IMG/VR virus record: IMGVR_UViG_3300020714_000006
Direction: 5' to 3' (one strand)
DNA length: 64,000 nt
Source of the DNA: a virus
Taxonomy: Duplodnaviria > Heunggongvirae > Uroviricota > Caudoviricetes
The notes under the pieces are model-generated. The model was given only the letters and a program-made list of their open reading frames with translations, did not search any database and was not told where the DNA came from. Both the position numbers and the translations under genes were made by a program. This document shows, piece by piece, positions 30,320-40,074 of the stretch; the first letter of the stretch is position 1, and every line of letters begins with the position of its first letter.

Positions 30320-31078
30320 ATGAATAAATATAAAAAATGGTATAGCATACTAACAGAAAATGCAAAAAATAGATTATTATCAGAATATAGTGAAAACCAT
30401 CATATCATTCCAAAAAGTTTAGGTGGGTTAGATACCGATGATAATATAGTAAAACTAACGGCAAGAGAACATTTTATATGTCATTGGTTATTAGTTAAAA
30501 TATATTCAACTGGTGAAGAACATTGGAAAATGCTTAATGCATTGCGAATAATGCGTGCTGAAAATACTAAACAATACAGGTATACAACCGCAATCACATC
30601 AAGAGTGTATGCTAAATTAAAAGAAGAATATGCGATACTTCAAAGTAATAAGGTATCTGGTAAAAATAATCCTATGTATGGTGCCAAATTTACTAGAAGT
30701 GAAGATGGTAAGCGTAAACAACGTGAGGCTATATTAGGTGATAAAAATGGCTCTAAAAATTTAGAAGCTAGACAAAAGATAAGCCAAAGCAAACTTGGAA
30801 GAAAACGTGAACCATTTAGTGAAGAATGGAAAGAAAAATTATCGATTGCTAAACAGGGTAGTAATAATAATATGTTTGGTAAAACTCATAGTGAAGAAAC
30901 CAAGAAAAAAATGAGGGATAAAGCAACTGGTAGAAAGTTTAGTGCAGAAGTTATAGAAAAAAGAGCATCTGCACAACGTGGGTTAGTTAGACCAAAAAAG
31001 TTATGCCCACATTGTCAACAGCAAATACCAGTAAATACTTATCCACGATGGCACGGAGATAATTGTAAAAGTAAGTAG
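30320..31078 (+). CDS. Free-standing HNH (Mob-like) homing endonuclease with NUMOD3 repeats and Zn finger
   Basis: ENHHIIPKSLGGLDTDDNIVKLTAREHFICHWLL; NMFGKTHSEETKKKM; CPHC...RWHGDNCK. Confidence 0.88.
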   Translation: MNKYKKWYSILTENAKNRLLSEYSENHHIIPKSLGGLDTDDNIVKLTAREHFICHWLLVKIYSTGEEHWKMLNALRIMRAENTKQYRYTTAITSRVYAKLKEEYAILQSNKVSGKNNPMYGAKFTRSEDGKRKQREAILGDKNGSKNLEARQKISQSKLGRKREPFSEEWKEKLSIAKQGSNNNMFGKTHSEETKKKMRDKATGRKFSAEVIEKRASAQRGLVRPKKLCPHCQQQIPVNTYPRWHGDNCKSK

Positions 31079-31082
31079 AAAT

Positions 31083-31105
31083 AACCACCTTCGGGTGGTT
31101 TTTTT
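31083..31105 (+). terminator. Intrinsic terminator, identical copy of the one at 30253
   Basis: AACCACC-TTCG-GGTGGTT followed by a T-tract. Confidence 0.9.
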
Positions 31106-31119
31106 GTATAAATACATTC

Positions 31120-31668
31120 ATGAATACAGATTTTATTAGTGCCAATACTGTTCAACAAGTTAGTGATAATTTTTACTATACAATCCCATGGAATGATGTA
31201 ACATCCTCAACATCTAACGATGCATATGCAGTCTCATCTGACACATTATATACCATACCTGGCTTATGGATGGAACGATTTAGGTCTAAAACCAATCAAA
31301 TATGGATGACAGACTATCAAATACCATTATTATCTGAAACAATTGTTGGTATAGAATTACGAGTAAATATAAAAAGATCTGCTAGAATTCAAGATTTAAC
31401 AATTCAATTAACATTAAACGGTAATTTAATTGGATTGAATTATGGGGTTGATATGACAACACAATATGCATACCAACATAATTTACCTGTTATTGGAGAT
31501 TATAATGTATACGGTGGTCCAACTGATATGTGGGGGACTACACTAACTACAACTGATATAACAGACCCTACATTTGGTGCAGTTGTTGCATTTCAAAGTA
31601 ATGAAACATTGCCACATCGTGATTTAGCATATATTAATCAATTAGCATTACGTATCCACTTTGGATAA
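31120..31668 (+). CDS. Hypothetical late (likely virion) protein
   Basis: 182-aa ORF, TATAAATA 5 nt upstream; YGGPTDMWG...TDPTFG beta-rich motif. Confidence 0.6.
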   Translation: MNTDFISANTVQQVSDNFYYTIPWNDVTSSTSNDAYAVSSDTLYTIPGLWMERFRSKTNQIWMTDYQIPLLSETIVGIELRVNIKRSARIQDLTIQLTLNGNLIGLNYGVDMTTQYAYQHNLPVIGDYNVYGGPTDMWGTTLTTTDITDPTFGAVVAFQSNETLPHRDLAYINQLALRIHFG

Positions 31669-31754
31669 ATACATTGTCATAGAAGAGCCACTTCAATGTG
31701 GACTTATGTTGTACCATACAACGTATGACCTAAAACGTCAAGGAGACAAATAAA

Positions 31755-32975
31755 ATGGGAAGACCTTTAAATAAAAAATATTTTGGTAACCGTAATATCG
31801 GTACCTCAGCTACTACTACTGATGATAATATCGGTGGTGAAGGAGTTCTAAGCGCAGCAGTTAGTGGACCAGCTGGTGGGTATACTACCAGACCAACTAT
31901 AACTTTTACAGCACCATCTATTCCAAATGGTATAACTGCTACTGCAACAATTTTATCAAAAGCAAAGTCAGCAACTATTGGTGGTTCACAAACACGAGCA
32001 TATCCAGCAGGAACTGGTTCTATTATATATGCATCATCAACTTGGACCCCAACATTAAGAACTGGAACGTTGACTACTGTAGTAAGAGCTAGTGCAACAA
32101 CTATTGGATTTGATACAACTACTACTGCAAATATTTCTGGAACTAGTGTTACTATTAGTGGTGCGTCAATTACTGGGACACTATCGATTGGTGGAGTTGC
32201 AATTGCTGCTGGACAAACATATTACATGGGTGCACCAACCGCAACAGCTGCTACATTATATGCAAACTATGCTGATTCTGTTAATGCAACTAATCCATTA
32301 ACAATCGTTGCTGGGACTGGTGTTACTGGTGCAACATTTACTTATGGTACTACCTATAGTACTGTTAATTCTGTTGCTGTTGCAACTGTTGGATCATTTA
32401 CAACATTGGCTGCTGGTGCACAATCTGCATCAACATCTGATGCAAATGTAGGTTCAGGATTGACTTTAACTATAACATATGAAGCATTAGGAACAACTAT
32501 TACAAATAAAGGTTCTGGTTATACTGCATCACCAACACAAGCTGGTGGAACATTTAACGGAACATTAGGAACAGTTGTATTAACAACTGATAGTGGCGCA
32601 GTTGGTTCAGTTACTAATCAAGAAAATGCTATTATTGCATATGCTTGGGTAAGTGGATCACGTGTGTTGGTTGATATTGTTAAACAAGAAGCAAGTCGCA
32701 GATATGCTGTAAGAACAGCAACTTTGGTTTCTGGTGAACCATGGTCAGTTCGTTCTGCAATATTAGTTGGTAAAGATTCATCTGCTGATGGCGAGATGGA
32801 TATCACAGTTGTTGATAGCGCAGGTAATTCATATTGGGTTACAAAACTAACTGCTCATAAAGCATTATTAACTAGAAAACCAGGTGGTTCTGGTTATTTA
32901 TATGCAACGGGTGCAGCTGCACCATGGAAATTAGATGCTGCATCTGGTATCTATGTTCAAATAGTAACTGCTTAA
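31755..32975 (+). CDS. Virion structural protein (T/A/G-rich, possible head decoration or fibre)
   Basis: MGRPLNKKYFG N-terminus, strong AAGGAG SD, late promoter at 31664-31671. Confidence 0.6.
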   Translation: MGRPLNKKYFGNRNIGTSATTTDDNIGGEGVLSAAVSGPAGGYTTRPTITFTAPSIPNGITATATILSKAKSATIGGSQTRAYPAGTGSIIYASSTWTPTLRTGTLTTVVRASATTIGFDTTTTANISGTSVTISGASITGTLSIGGVAIAAGQTYYMGAPTATAATLYANYADSVNATNPLTIVAGTGVTGATFTYGTTYSTVNSVAVATVGSFTTLAAGAQSASTSDANVGSGLTLTITYEALGTTITNKGSGYTASPTQAGGTFNGTLGTVVLTTDSGAVGSVTNQENAIIAYAWVSGSRVLVDIVKQEASRRYAVRTATLVSGEPWSVRSAILVGKDSSADGEMDITVVDSAGNSYWVTKLTAHKALLTRKPGGSGYLYATGAAAPWKLDAASGIYVQIVTA

Positions 32976-32993
32976 TTAAGCAACAAAAAACAC

Positions 32994-33014
32994 GGAGGGC
33001 TATAAAGGCCCTCC
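32994..33014. terminator. Stem-loop, possibly a minus-strand terminator or RNA stability hairpin
   Basis: GGAGGGC/GCCCTCC stem with an A-run upstream and no T-tract downstream on +. Confidence 0.45.
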
Positions 33015-33029
33015 AACTAAGGAGTATAA

Positions 33030-36000
33030 ATGTCAAGAGTATTAACAGTTGAACAAGGCGACTATATAGTTCAGGTAGATTCTGGAAGGACCGTTATTGA
33101 TAGTGATATCTTTGTAACAGGTACACCATATGGTACTGCGCCTGTAGTTACTAATGTCATATATGTAACAATGGATGGGTCAGATACCAATGATGGTTCA
33201 GCACAAGATCCTTCACGCGCGTGTAGAACTATTTCTGGTGCGGTAAAATCACCATTATATCAACCAGGAACATCTATCAAAGTTGCAGCAGGACGTTATT
33301 TAGAAAATAATCCAATTGTTGTAAAACCGTATACATCTATTATTGGTAGCGATTTAAGAACAACTGAAGTTGAACCTATTAACAAAACACAGGATTTATT
33401 CCATGTTAATAGTTCATCATATCTTGCACAAATGCAATTTATAAATGGTAGAAGTGGAATTGTAAATCCAAATTTAGATCGTGGTGCATATTCAGTATCA
33501 TTTCCAATTAATTATAAATTTATTTTCAATGGTGATACTACTCTTGGTAGTAATATAATTACATCAGTGAGCGACACTGAAAATATTGTTATAGGTATGG
33601 AAATTGAAAGTCCAATAGTCTTTGGAGTTCAATTATTTCCTAATGGTACAACTGTAGTTTCAATTGATTCTAGCTCACAGATATCAATGTCTAGTGTAGC
33701 ATCTGAAACATATACAACAGCAGCATTTACTACTGGTAAAATAACAGTATATAAGTCGCCATATGTTCAAAACTGTACTAATCAGAGTGGCCCATGGTTA
33801 TATGATGGTACTATGTTTATACCAAATCAAACTGTTCAATTACCATTAGCGGTAGCTACTTGTGAAAGATTTGACGATGGTGATATAAACATTACAATTT
33901 CAGTTTCTGAAGCGTTGAGTGGTGACATTACTACTGCCGTTAAAACTGGAATGTCAATTAATACAGCACCACAAGACCAAGGATTTTTTACTGCTAGAAC
34001 TTTGATTCTAGCCAATGTCCAATTTATTCAAGAACAAGTTTTAGAACATATAAGAGTTACGTATCCAATTTCTAATCCATTATGGGATCCATTTAACAGC
34101 ATATATGACCCTGAAAAATTTAGACGTGATATTCAAATAATTATTGAACATGTATTATATGATACTACATTTGGTGGTAATTCAAAATCTATTCAAACAG
34201 GTGTTGCCTATTGGGATGGTGCGGTTAGTTATATTTCTGGTCAAGAGCTACAAACTAACAATGGATTAGATTATATTAAAACATTAGTAGCAAGTATTGT
34301 TGCTGCTGCAAACGGAACTGGTACAGTTATTGATTTATTTGATAATACTACAGTTAATGCTGGATATTTTATTACTGGTAGAACATATACAATCGTTGAT
34401 GCAGCTGATACTGATTTTAGATTAATTGGTGCAGTTAATAATAACGGCGGAACTGTTTTCGTTGCTACTGGAAAAGGAGCTGGATCTGGTACTGCTAAAT
34501 TTGGAATTCCAGTATATACACCAGAATTATTAAAAAATGCAGACATCGCAGTTACCCCATTTAATACTAATATTGATATAATCAAATCAATAATTTTAGA
34601 TATTGCAAACACGCCAACAATTTATTATAGCACTGGTCCAGAATTCGGATTAGACAGTGGTGAGTTGTTATTACAAGCAAATAGAGCATATATTCAAAGC
34701 GATATTACTTCATTTATTAGTAACCAATACCCAACTTTTGTATATGATAGTGCAAAAAGTGAAAGAGATGTTGGCTATATTATAGATGCTATTTCACAAG
34801 ATATATTACTAGGTGGTAATTATAGAACATTTGATTTGGCTGTTTCATATTATGTGGATAATGTATCTGTCCTAACTAATTTAGAAACAACAGTATGCGT
34901 AGCAGCAATTAATGAAATTTCAACTGCAATGCAAAGTATTGTTCGTAATGTTTTATACAACCCTGGATGGGCTCCATCAATACAACAAACAACTAACAGT
35001 GCATGGTCTAATGGTATAATAACTATACCATACATTGAACGAAATATTAATATTCTTACTGATATTATACAACATGGTCCTGCGTATGGACATGCTGCAT
35101 ATAAAAAGCATATTGGAACATCATTATTTTATGCAACTGGACTTAGTGCTGATAATGTTAAACAATCAACTAAGGTAACTGCGTGTAATTTTATACAAGT
35201 AGATGGAAATGGAAATGCTATATATGACATTACATTAGATAACCCAGCCGTTGGTATTGGTATTAATTCTACATTATATTTTGGTTATACTACTGTTTAT
35301 CCAGTAGTAGAATCTACAATACCAGAACGATGGAATAATAGAAAATGTGATCCATGGGGTGCAATGGGTGGAATGCTAATTGATGGTGATGTTGTTACTG
35401 ATAATTCGCCAGTTAGATCATTTGTTGCTGATGCTTTTACACAGGTAAACCAAGGTGGACGAGGTGTTCGTGTAACAAATAAAGGATATGTTCAGTTAGT
35501 ATCAGTATTTACAATCTTTAGTTCTATCGCAGTTCAAGCTGACAACGGTGGTATTGCATCTATTACAAACTCTAATGCTAACTTTGGTACTTATTGTATG
35601 ATTGCCAAAGGATATGGCCCTAGAGAATTCTCTGGAACAATATATAACCCATCAGGTTTTGCATATGATCCGGTATCTAATTCATTTGGTGTTAACCAAT
35701 ATTATCCATCAGGATTTTTCCCTTACAAACAACAGTTGTGTGTATTTGTTCCTGATACTCAATATAGACCTCATATTTCGTTAATGATGGAAGTTATTCC
35801 TGAACCAACTTATGTAAATGCACAAAATAAACCTGGATTCTTAACAGCAACAGTTACTTTTTCTACTATTACAGAAGGCGATTTAACAATAACTGGAATT
35901 GATGTATCTGATATGTTTATTGGACAAGCATTATATTTGCATGATCAATATGGTAGTGATAAAGATTTAGTAACAAATATTAGTTATTTACAAACAGGAA

Positions 36001-37199
36001 CAACCATTACAGATTTAGGTCCACAAACAGTATACTTAAGTAAGCCTATAACACAATCTGGTGGTGATATTAATAATCCTAGCTTTTTTACTTTGTTTTC
36101 TTGTGGTAATGCATATTATACTATTTTATCAAGTAAGATATCAAATAACCCATCATTAAAATCAGATGGTATAACACCTATTGTTTTAGGTGGGTTGATT
36201 CTACCTCAAAAACAAATTACACCAATATCAATAGATGGGTCATCTGATAGTGCTAATCCAGAAATTCAATCATTAGAAATTTTAGCTGGACTATTACAAA
36301 GTATAGTTCAAAATGCTCCTATAACTAGTTTGCAAACTATTGTACCACAAAATTTTAATGTTGCATATGACGGACAAACTGCTATTGATCTAATTTATAC
36401 AGGTGTTAGCACATCTGGTGGTGTTACAATACCTGGAACTGGATTAATTGATAACATTATTACGATATTAAAAGGAAGCGATTCAATAACATCAGATCTT
36501 ACATCAACTTTACATCAGTATAGTGATGCTGAAATAGTAAGTCATATTGGAATAACATTGGTATCAAAAGGTGTTCCAACAAAAGGTGCTGGGGATGCTG
36601 CACAATTAATACTTGCTAATCTAGAGTTCTGCGTGGAAGAAATTTATGCATATATTCAAAATCAAATATCAATTGCTTCATACGGCAGCAATTGGTACCA
36701 ATTAGATTATAAAAAAAGTAAATGTAGAAGAGATGTAAAATTAATTTGTATTAATGTGGCATATGATTTAATCAGTGGTAATGGTGTTAATTATAATGCA
36801 GTATATTCTGGATTGTCGTATTATTCACGGCCAGGCACATATCATATTGTACAATTAGAAGATAATGTTACAAATTATAACTTAATTCCTGATGGTTCTA
36901 TCGTTAACTTTTACCAAAGAAGTTATATGTCAGCATCTGGATACTTATTTGAATATGTTGGTGCTGGAACAAATTATAGTGCATTACCACAAGTAGGAAG
37001 ACTTGACCCTAATCAGCCAAATGAGGTAAATATGTTAGATGGTGGAAAAGTATTTTTTACATCTACTGACCAAAATGGAGACTTTAGAATAGGTCCAGGG
37101 TTAGTGATCAGTCAAGCAACGGGTGTTCTAAGCGGAAGAACATTCCAAAAAAGTTTATTTGCAGAAATGACTCCGTTTATATTAGCAATTGAAGGTTAA
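33030..37199 (+). CDS. Large virion structural protein: pectin-lyase-like beta-helix plus three helical (C)xRD repeats
   Basis: IYVTMDGSDTNDG...IKVAAGRYLENNP, SPYVQNCT, DAFTQVNQGG, FEYVGAGTNY...STDQNGDFRIG resemble T4-like cyanophage structural proteins. Confidence 0.65.
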   Translation: MSRVLTVEQGDYIVQVDSGRTVIDSDIFVTGTPYGTAPVVTNVIYVTMDGSDTNDGSAQDPSRACRTISGAVKSPLYQPGTSIKVAAGRYLENNPIVVKPYTSIIGSDLRTTEVEPINKTQDLFHVNSSSYLAQMQFINGRSGIVNPNLDRGAYSVSFPINYKFIFNGDTTLGSNIITSVSDTENIVIGMEIESPIVFGVQLFPNGTTVVSIDSSSQISMSSVASETYTTAAFTTGKITVYKSPYVQNCTNQSGPWLYDGTMFIPNQTVQLPLAVATCERFDDGDINITISVSEALSGDITTAVKTGMSINTAPQDQGFFTARTLILANVQFIQEQVLEHIRVTYPISNPLWDPFNSIYDPEKFRRDIQIIIEHVLYDTTFGGNSKSIQTGVAYWDGAVSYISGQELQTNNGLDYIKTLVASIVAAANGTGTVIDLFDNTTVNAGYFITGRTYTIVDAADTDFRLIGAVNNNGGTVFVATGKGAGSGTAKFGIPVYTPELLKNADIAVTPFNTNIDIIKSIILDIANTPTIYYSTGPEFGLDSGELLLQANRAYIQSDITSFISNQYPTFVYDSAKSERDVGYIIDAISQDILLGGNYRTFDLAVSYYVDNVSVLTNLETTVCVAAINEISTAMQSIVRNVLYNPGWAPSIQQTTNSAWSNGIITIPYIERNINILTDIIQHGPAYGHAAYKKHIGTSLFYATGLSADNVKQSTKVTACNFIQVDGNGNAIYDITLDNPAVGIGINSTLYFGYTTVYPVVESTIPERWNNRKCDPWGAMGGMLIDGDVVTDNSPVRSFVADAFTQVNQGGRGVRVTNKGYVQLVSVFTIFSSIAVQADNGGIASITNSNANFGTYCMIAKGYGPREFSGTIYNPSGFAYDPVSNSFGVNQYYPSGFFPYKQQLCVFVPDTQYRPHISLMMEVIPEPTYVNAQNKPGFLTATVTFSTITEGDLTITGIDVSDMFIGQALYLHDQYGSDKDLVTNISYLQTGTTITDLGPQTVYLSKPITQSGGDINNPSFFTLFSCGNAYYTILSSKISNNPSLKSDGITPIVLGGLILPQKQITPISIDGSSDSANPEIQSLEILAGLLQSIVQNAPITSLQTIVPQNFNVAYDGQTAIDLIYTGVSTSGGVTIPGTGLIDNIITILKGSDSITSDLTSTLHQYSDAEIVSHIGITLVSKGVPTKGAGDAAQLILANLEFCVEEIYAYIQNQISIASYGSNWYQLDYKKSKCRRDVKLICINVAYDLISGNGVNYNAVYSGLSYYSRPGTYHIVQLEDNVTNYNLIPDGSIVNFYQRSYMSASGYLFEYVGAGTNYSALPQVGRLDPNQPNEVNMLDGGKVFFTSTDQNGDFRIGPGLVISQATGVLSGRTFQKSLFAEMTPFILAIEG

Positions 37200-37212
37200 G
37201 AGGATTTAACAC

Positions 37213-40074
37213 ATGGCATTAATACCATTAAATACGTTTAAAACAAAAACGGCTGTTTTAACAACACTAAAGTATAATCAAGCAAAATGTTCCAGGGATA
37301 CTGGATTAATAATTGATTCTATTGCATTTGATTTACTCTTTGGTGGTAATACACAAACAGCATTTGCCGCTGTTCAATACTGGTCACAAGGAGTCACAGA
37401 AATTCCAGGTGAAATATTTCAAACATTATCAGCATTAGAACACGCAAAAGAAGTTTCAAAAAAATTAGTAAAAAATCAAACAGTTATAAAATCTGTTGGA
37501 AATAATGTTTCACAAAATACAAGTTTAGCAGCAGGTTCTGATGCAGCAGTTGCTGTAATAGATTCTGAATTTGAATTAATAATGGACATTATTAAAAATG
37601 GAACTGCTGGAACAACTAATAAAATTGTTTCAAATACTGGAATAATTACTGATACCGGATTTCAAACAACAACAGATACTGGCATAATTTATGCAGCAGC
37701 TATTCTTGAAGCAAATAAAGTATTTTTACAAACTGAAGTTGTTGCGTATGTAAACAGCATGTTCAATGCTGGATACGTATATGACCAAGTAAAATGTGCA
37801 AGAGATACTGGATTAATTGTTGATTCATTAGCATTTGATTTGTTATTTTCTGGTAGTTCACAATCTACTTTTGCTGGATTACAATATTGGCTTCAAGATG
37901 GAACTACAATCCCAAATGAAACAAGCCAAACCCAAGCAGCATTAAATCATGCAAAAGATGTGATTTCAGCAGTAGTATTGAATCAAACATATCCTGCGAG
38001 TGGTGGAAATAAAACAGCACAAGTTATAAATCAATCATTGGTTGCCAGTCAATCTAGTCAAACAACATTACTAAAATTGATGACTAATATAACTAATATT
38101 ATTTCTAGTGGCACATCTAGTGTTCTTATTGATGGAGCAACTATCCCATCAAATGTAACTAATGCAATAGTTCCAAATGGAGATATTACAACTGATGAAT
38201 TAATTTTAAATGCATATACATTACTACAGTTAAACAAAAATTTTATTCAATCAGAAATAATATCTTGGATTAATAACCAAAACGGATTAAATGCTGCTCC
38301 ATTCTCAACTGCATTTACATATGATTCTGATAAATGCTATCGTGATATGTCATATATTATTGATTGTATTTCATTTGATTTAATTTATGGTGGAAATCGT
38401 CAATCTCTTCAAGCTGGATCATATTATTATGGTTTTTCATCAACTACTAGTTCTATTTCAACTGGAACTATTGTTAATGATGGGTCGTTTGATATAGGGT
38501 CTGCTTATATTATTGTTGATCCTGGTAATACTAATTTCGTAGCAATCGGTGCATCAAACAATTCAGCTGGAACATTATTTGTTGCAACTAATACTGGTAG
38601 TTTATCTGGTGGTAATGGTGGATCAGGAACGGCAGTTAAAGCAGATGAAATTTCAGAATCAATCTCGGCATATACATTTATGAAATCTTTGGTTGGTAAT
38701 ATAATCGAAGGTCAACCAATTGCTGAAATATATCAAACAAATGTACCACAGGTAGTGTACACTGAATATGGAACTACAACTGAAACAGCTGCTGTTGCAT
38801 ATAACATTGATCTTATTACAAATATTATACAAAATGGACCAGTTGTTGCACCTGCTCCAGAACCAATTAGTTTAACAGCATCATTGAATACTAATGTTCA
38901 GTATGCTGCTAATATATTATTAGCTAATAAAGAGTTTATTAAAGCAGAAGTTATTGCATATCTTAATACTACAATAAAATATAATACAGTAAAAGCTGGA
39001 TATTTTATAGCTGGTACTGTATACACTATTGAAACACTTGGCAATACCACAAATTTACAATGGAACTTAATTGCTGGTACAACTAATGTTACATATGCAC
39101 CAGGAATGACATTTACTGCTGCAGTAGGACAACCTGGAACTGGTACTGGAACTGCAAATGTTGGATTTAGATATCCAAATAATGATGTTTATGATAATAC
39201 TAATTATTGCTATAGAGATATTGGCTTTATCGTTGACTGTATTAACTTTGATTTATTGTATTCTGATAGCACACATACATCAAATAGACAAGCAATTCAA
39301 GCAGGGGTATACTATTTTACAAATTCAGCTACTACTTCAGTGGTTGCTGCTGAAAAAACAGATACAATAAATGCTTATAATTACATGAATATTGTTATGT
39401 CTAGTGTTATAAAAAACTTGCCATTAACACAATTATATATAAAAAATTCTCAAAATGGCAGTAATTATTTAAAAGCACCATATCAAACTGAAGTTGTTCA
39501 GGATATAAATTTATTAACTCCAACAACTAACTTGAATACTATTGTTACTAATGTATCTGATCTTATTGGAACATTGACAACTATTATTAATAATGGTCCA
39601 TCTGCTGCACCATCTAGAGTTCCAATTGATATAGGAACACTTAATACAAATATGGATTATGTAAATGCATACAATATATTAATGACAAACAAAGATTATA
39701 TTGTAGCTGAAATAATTGGGTATATGAATGAATTAACATCACCTAATACTACCAAAATATATACCGCTCCTCCTGGAGTAACTGCGATTGTATTAATGGC
39801 ACAAGTATCAAATGTTACTGATAGAAATATTAATATAACATTTGCACATTACCGGAACTTGCCAGTGTTTCCAGATCCAGCTACATTAAATGGATATCAA
39901 GCACCAAATACGGTTACAGAAATAGTTAAAAATTATTCTATACCGCCGAATGATGCAGCAACATTAATTCAAGGAAAAATGATTATCGAAAGCTTCGATA
40001 GTATAGTAGCTTATGCCAGTGAATCACAAGGTTTAAAAGTTACTCTTAGCATATTAGAGACCGCAAATGCCTAG
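37213..40074 (+). CDS. Virion structural protein with four CxRD helical repeats inserted in a small beta-domain
   Basis: Repeats with Cys at aa 26, 195, 375, 666; flanks MALIPLNTFKT... and IYTAPPGVTAIVLMAQVSN...SILETANA. Confidence 0.65.
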   Translation: MALIPLNTFKTKTAVLTTLKYNQAKCSRDTGLIIDSIAFDLLFGGNTQTAFAAVQYWSQGVTEIPGEIFQTLSALEHAKEVSKKLVKNQTVIKSVGNNVSQNTSLAAGSDAAVAVIDSEFELIMDIIKNGTAGTTNKIVSNTGIITDTGFQTTTDTGIIYAAAILEANKVFLQTEVVAYVNSMFNAGYVYDQVKCARDTGLIVDSLAFDLLFSGSSQSTFAGLQYWLQDGTTIPNETSQTQAALNHAKDVISAVVLNQTYPASGGNKTAQVINQSLVASQSSQTTLLKLMTNITNIISSGTSSVLIDGATIPSNVTNAIVPNGDITTDELILNAYTLLQLNKNFIQSEIISWINNQNGLNAAPFSTAFTYDSDKCYRDMSYIIDCISFDLIYGGNRQSLQAGSYYYGFSSTTSSISTGTIVNDGSFDIGSAYIIVDPGNTNFVAIGASNNSAGTLFVATNTGSLSGGNGGSGTAVKADEISESISAYTFMKSLVGNIIEGQPIAEIYQTNVPQVVYTEYGTTTETAAVAYNIDLITNIIQNGPVVAPAPEPISLTASLNTNVQYAANILLANKEFIKAEVIAYLNTTIKYNTVKAGYFIAGTVYTIETLGNTTNLQWNLIAGTTNVTYAPGMTFTAAVGQPGTGTGTANVGFRYPNNDVYDNTNYCYRDIGFIVDCINFDLLYSDSTHTSNRQAIQAGVYYFTNSATTSVVAAEKTDTINAYNYMNIVMSSVIKNLPLTQLYIKNSQNGSNYLKAPYQTEVVQDINLLTPTTNLNTIVTNVSDLIGTLTTIINNGPSAAPSRVPIDIGTLNTNMDYVNAYNILMTNKDYIVAEIIGYMNELTSPNTTKIYTAPPGVTAIVLMAQVSNVTDRNINITFAHYRNLPVFPDPATLNGYQAPNTVTEIVKNYSIPPNDAATLIQGKMIIESFDSIVAYASESQGLKVTLSILETANA

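Noticed and set aside
30253-31107. CRISPR-like direct repeats
   Set aside because: Only two copies, about 800 bp apart, and they are terminators. No spacer-sized repeat array was seen anywhere in the window.
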